Virus record (IMG/VR): IMGVR_UViG_3300027956_000036
Location: 1 to 25,389 of that record
Length of the DNA: 25,389 bases
Strand: one strand, 5' to 3'
Source of the DNA: a virus
Taxonomy: Duplodnaviria > Caudoviricetes
Of the stretch, positions 25,389 through 25,389 are shown piece after piece. Position 1 is the first letter of the stretch, and the number at the start of each line of letters is the position of its first letter. The notes beneath the pieces are model-generated. The model was given only the letters and a program-made list of their open reading frames with translations. It did not search any database and was not told the DNA's origin. The position numbers were made by a program, and so were the translations under genes.

Positions 25389-25389
25389 T

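Noticed and set aside
1-25389. Stop-codon reassignment as seen in some large phages
   Set aside because: Genes are full length and tightly packed under the standard code, and TAA, TAG and TGA all serve as stops
1-25389. tRNA, rRNA or structured ncRNA genes
   Set aside because: Intergenic gaps are short and AT-rich; no cloverleaf or T-loop signatures noticed

Overview
Very AT-rich, gene-dense segment of a large T4-like (myovirus/jumbo-type) dsDNA bacteriophage read in the standard genetic code. It has three transcription blocks. (1) 1-5279, minus strand: late/head genes, namely a repeat protein, a BppU-like protein, a gp2-like DNA end protector, a ParB-like protein, gp4 head completion nuclease, a GH108 lysozyme and two paralogous acidic/basic core-like proteins. 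(2) 5376-20853, plus strand, starting at a palindromic divergent TATAAATA late promoter: a HAD phosphatase, an orphan REC-PAS-PAS regulator, a CxxCxxCC protein, an 8-kb virion fibre-like module, a DHH phosphoesterase and an array of small ORFs. (3) 20889-25389, minus strand: family B DNA polymerase (gp43-like), a DruA/DUF4338-like protein and a partial GIY-YIG-like ORF. The most striking unexplained pattern is that about 15 unrelated proteins share an N-terminal leader ending in Y/F-L/I-x-E, resembling the T4 capsid-targeting sequence and prohead-protease site. A 26-bp direct repeat appears to record duplication of the RBS+leader cassette. This suggests a modular, expandable arsenal of virion-packaged, co-injected effectors. 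A second candidate system is a tip/major/anchor set of fibre proteins with shared N- and C-terminal connector domains. All family assignments are from motif recognition by eye; no database search was run.
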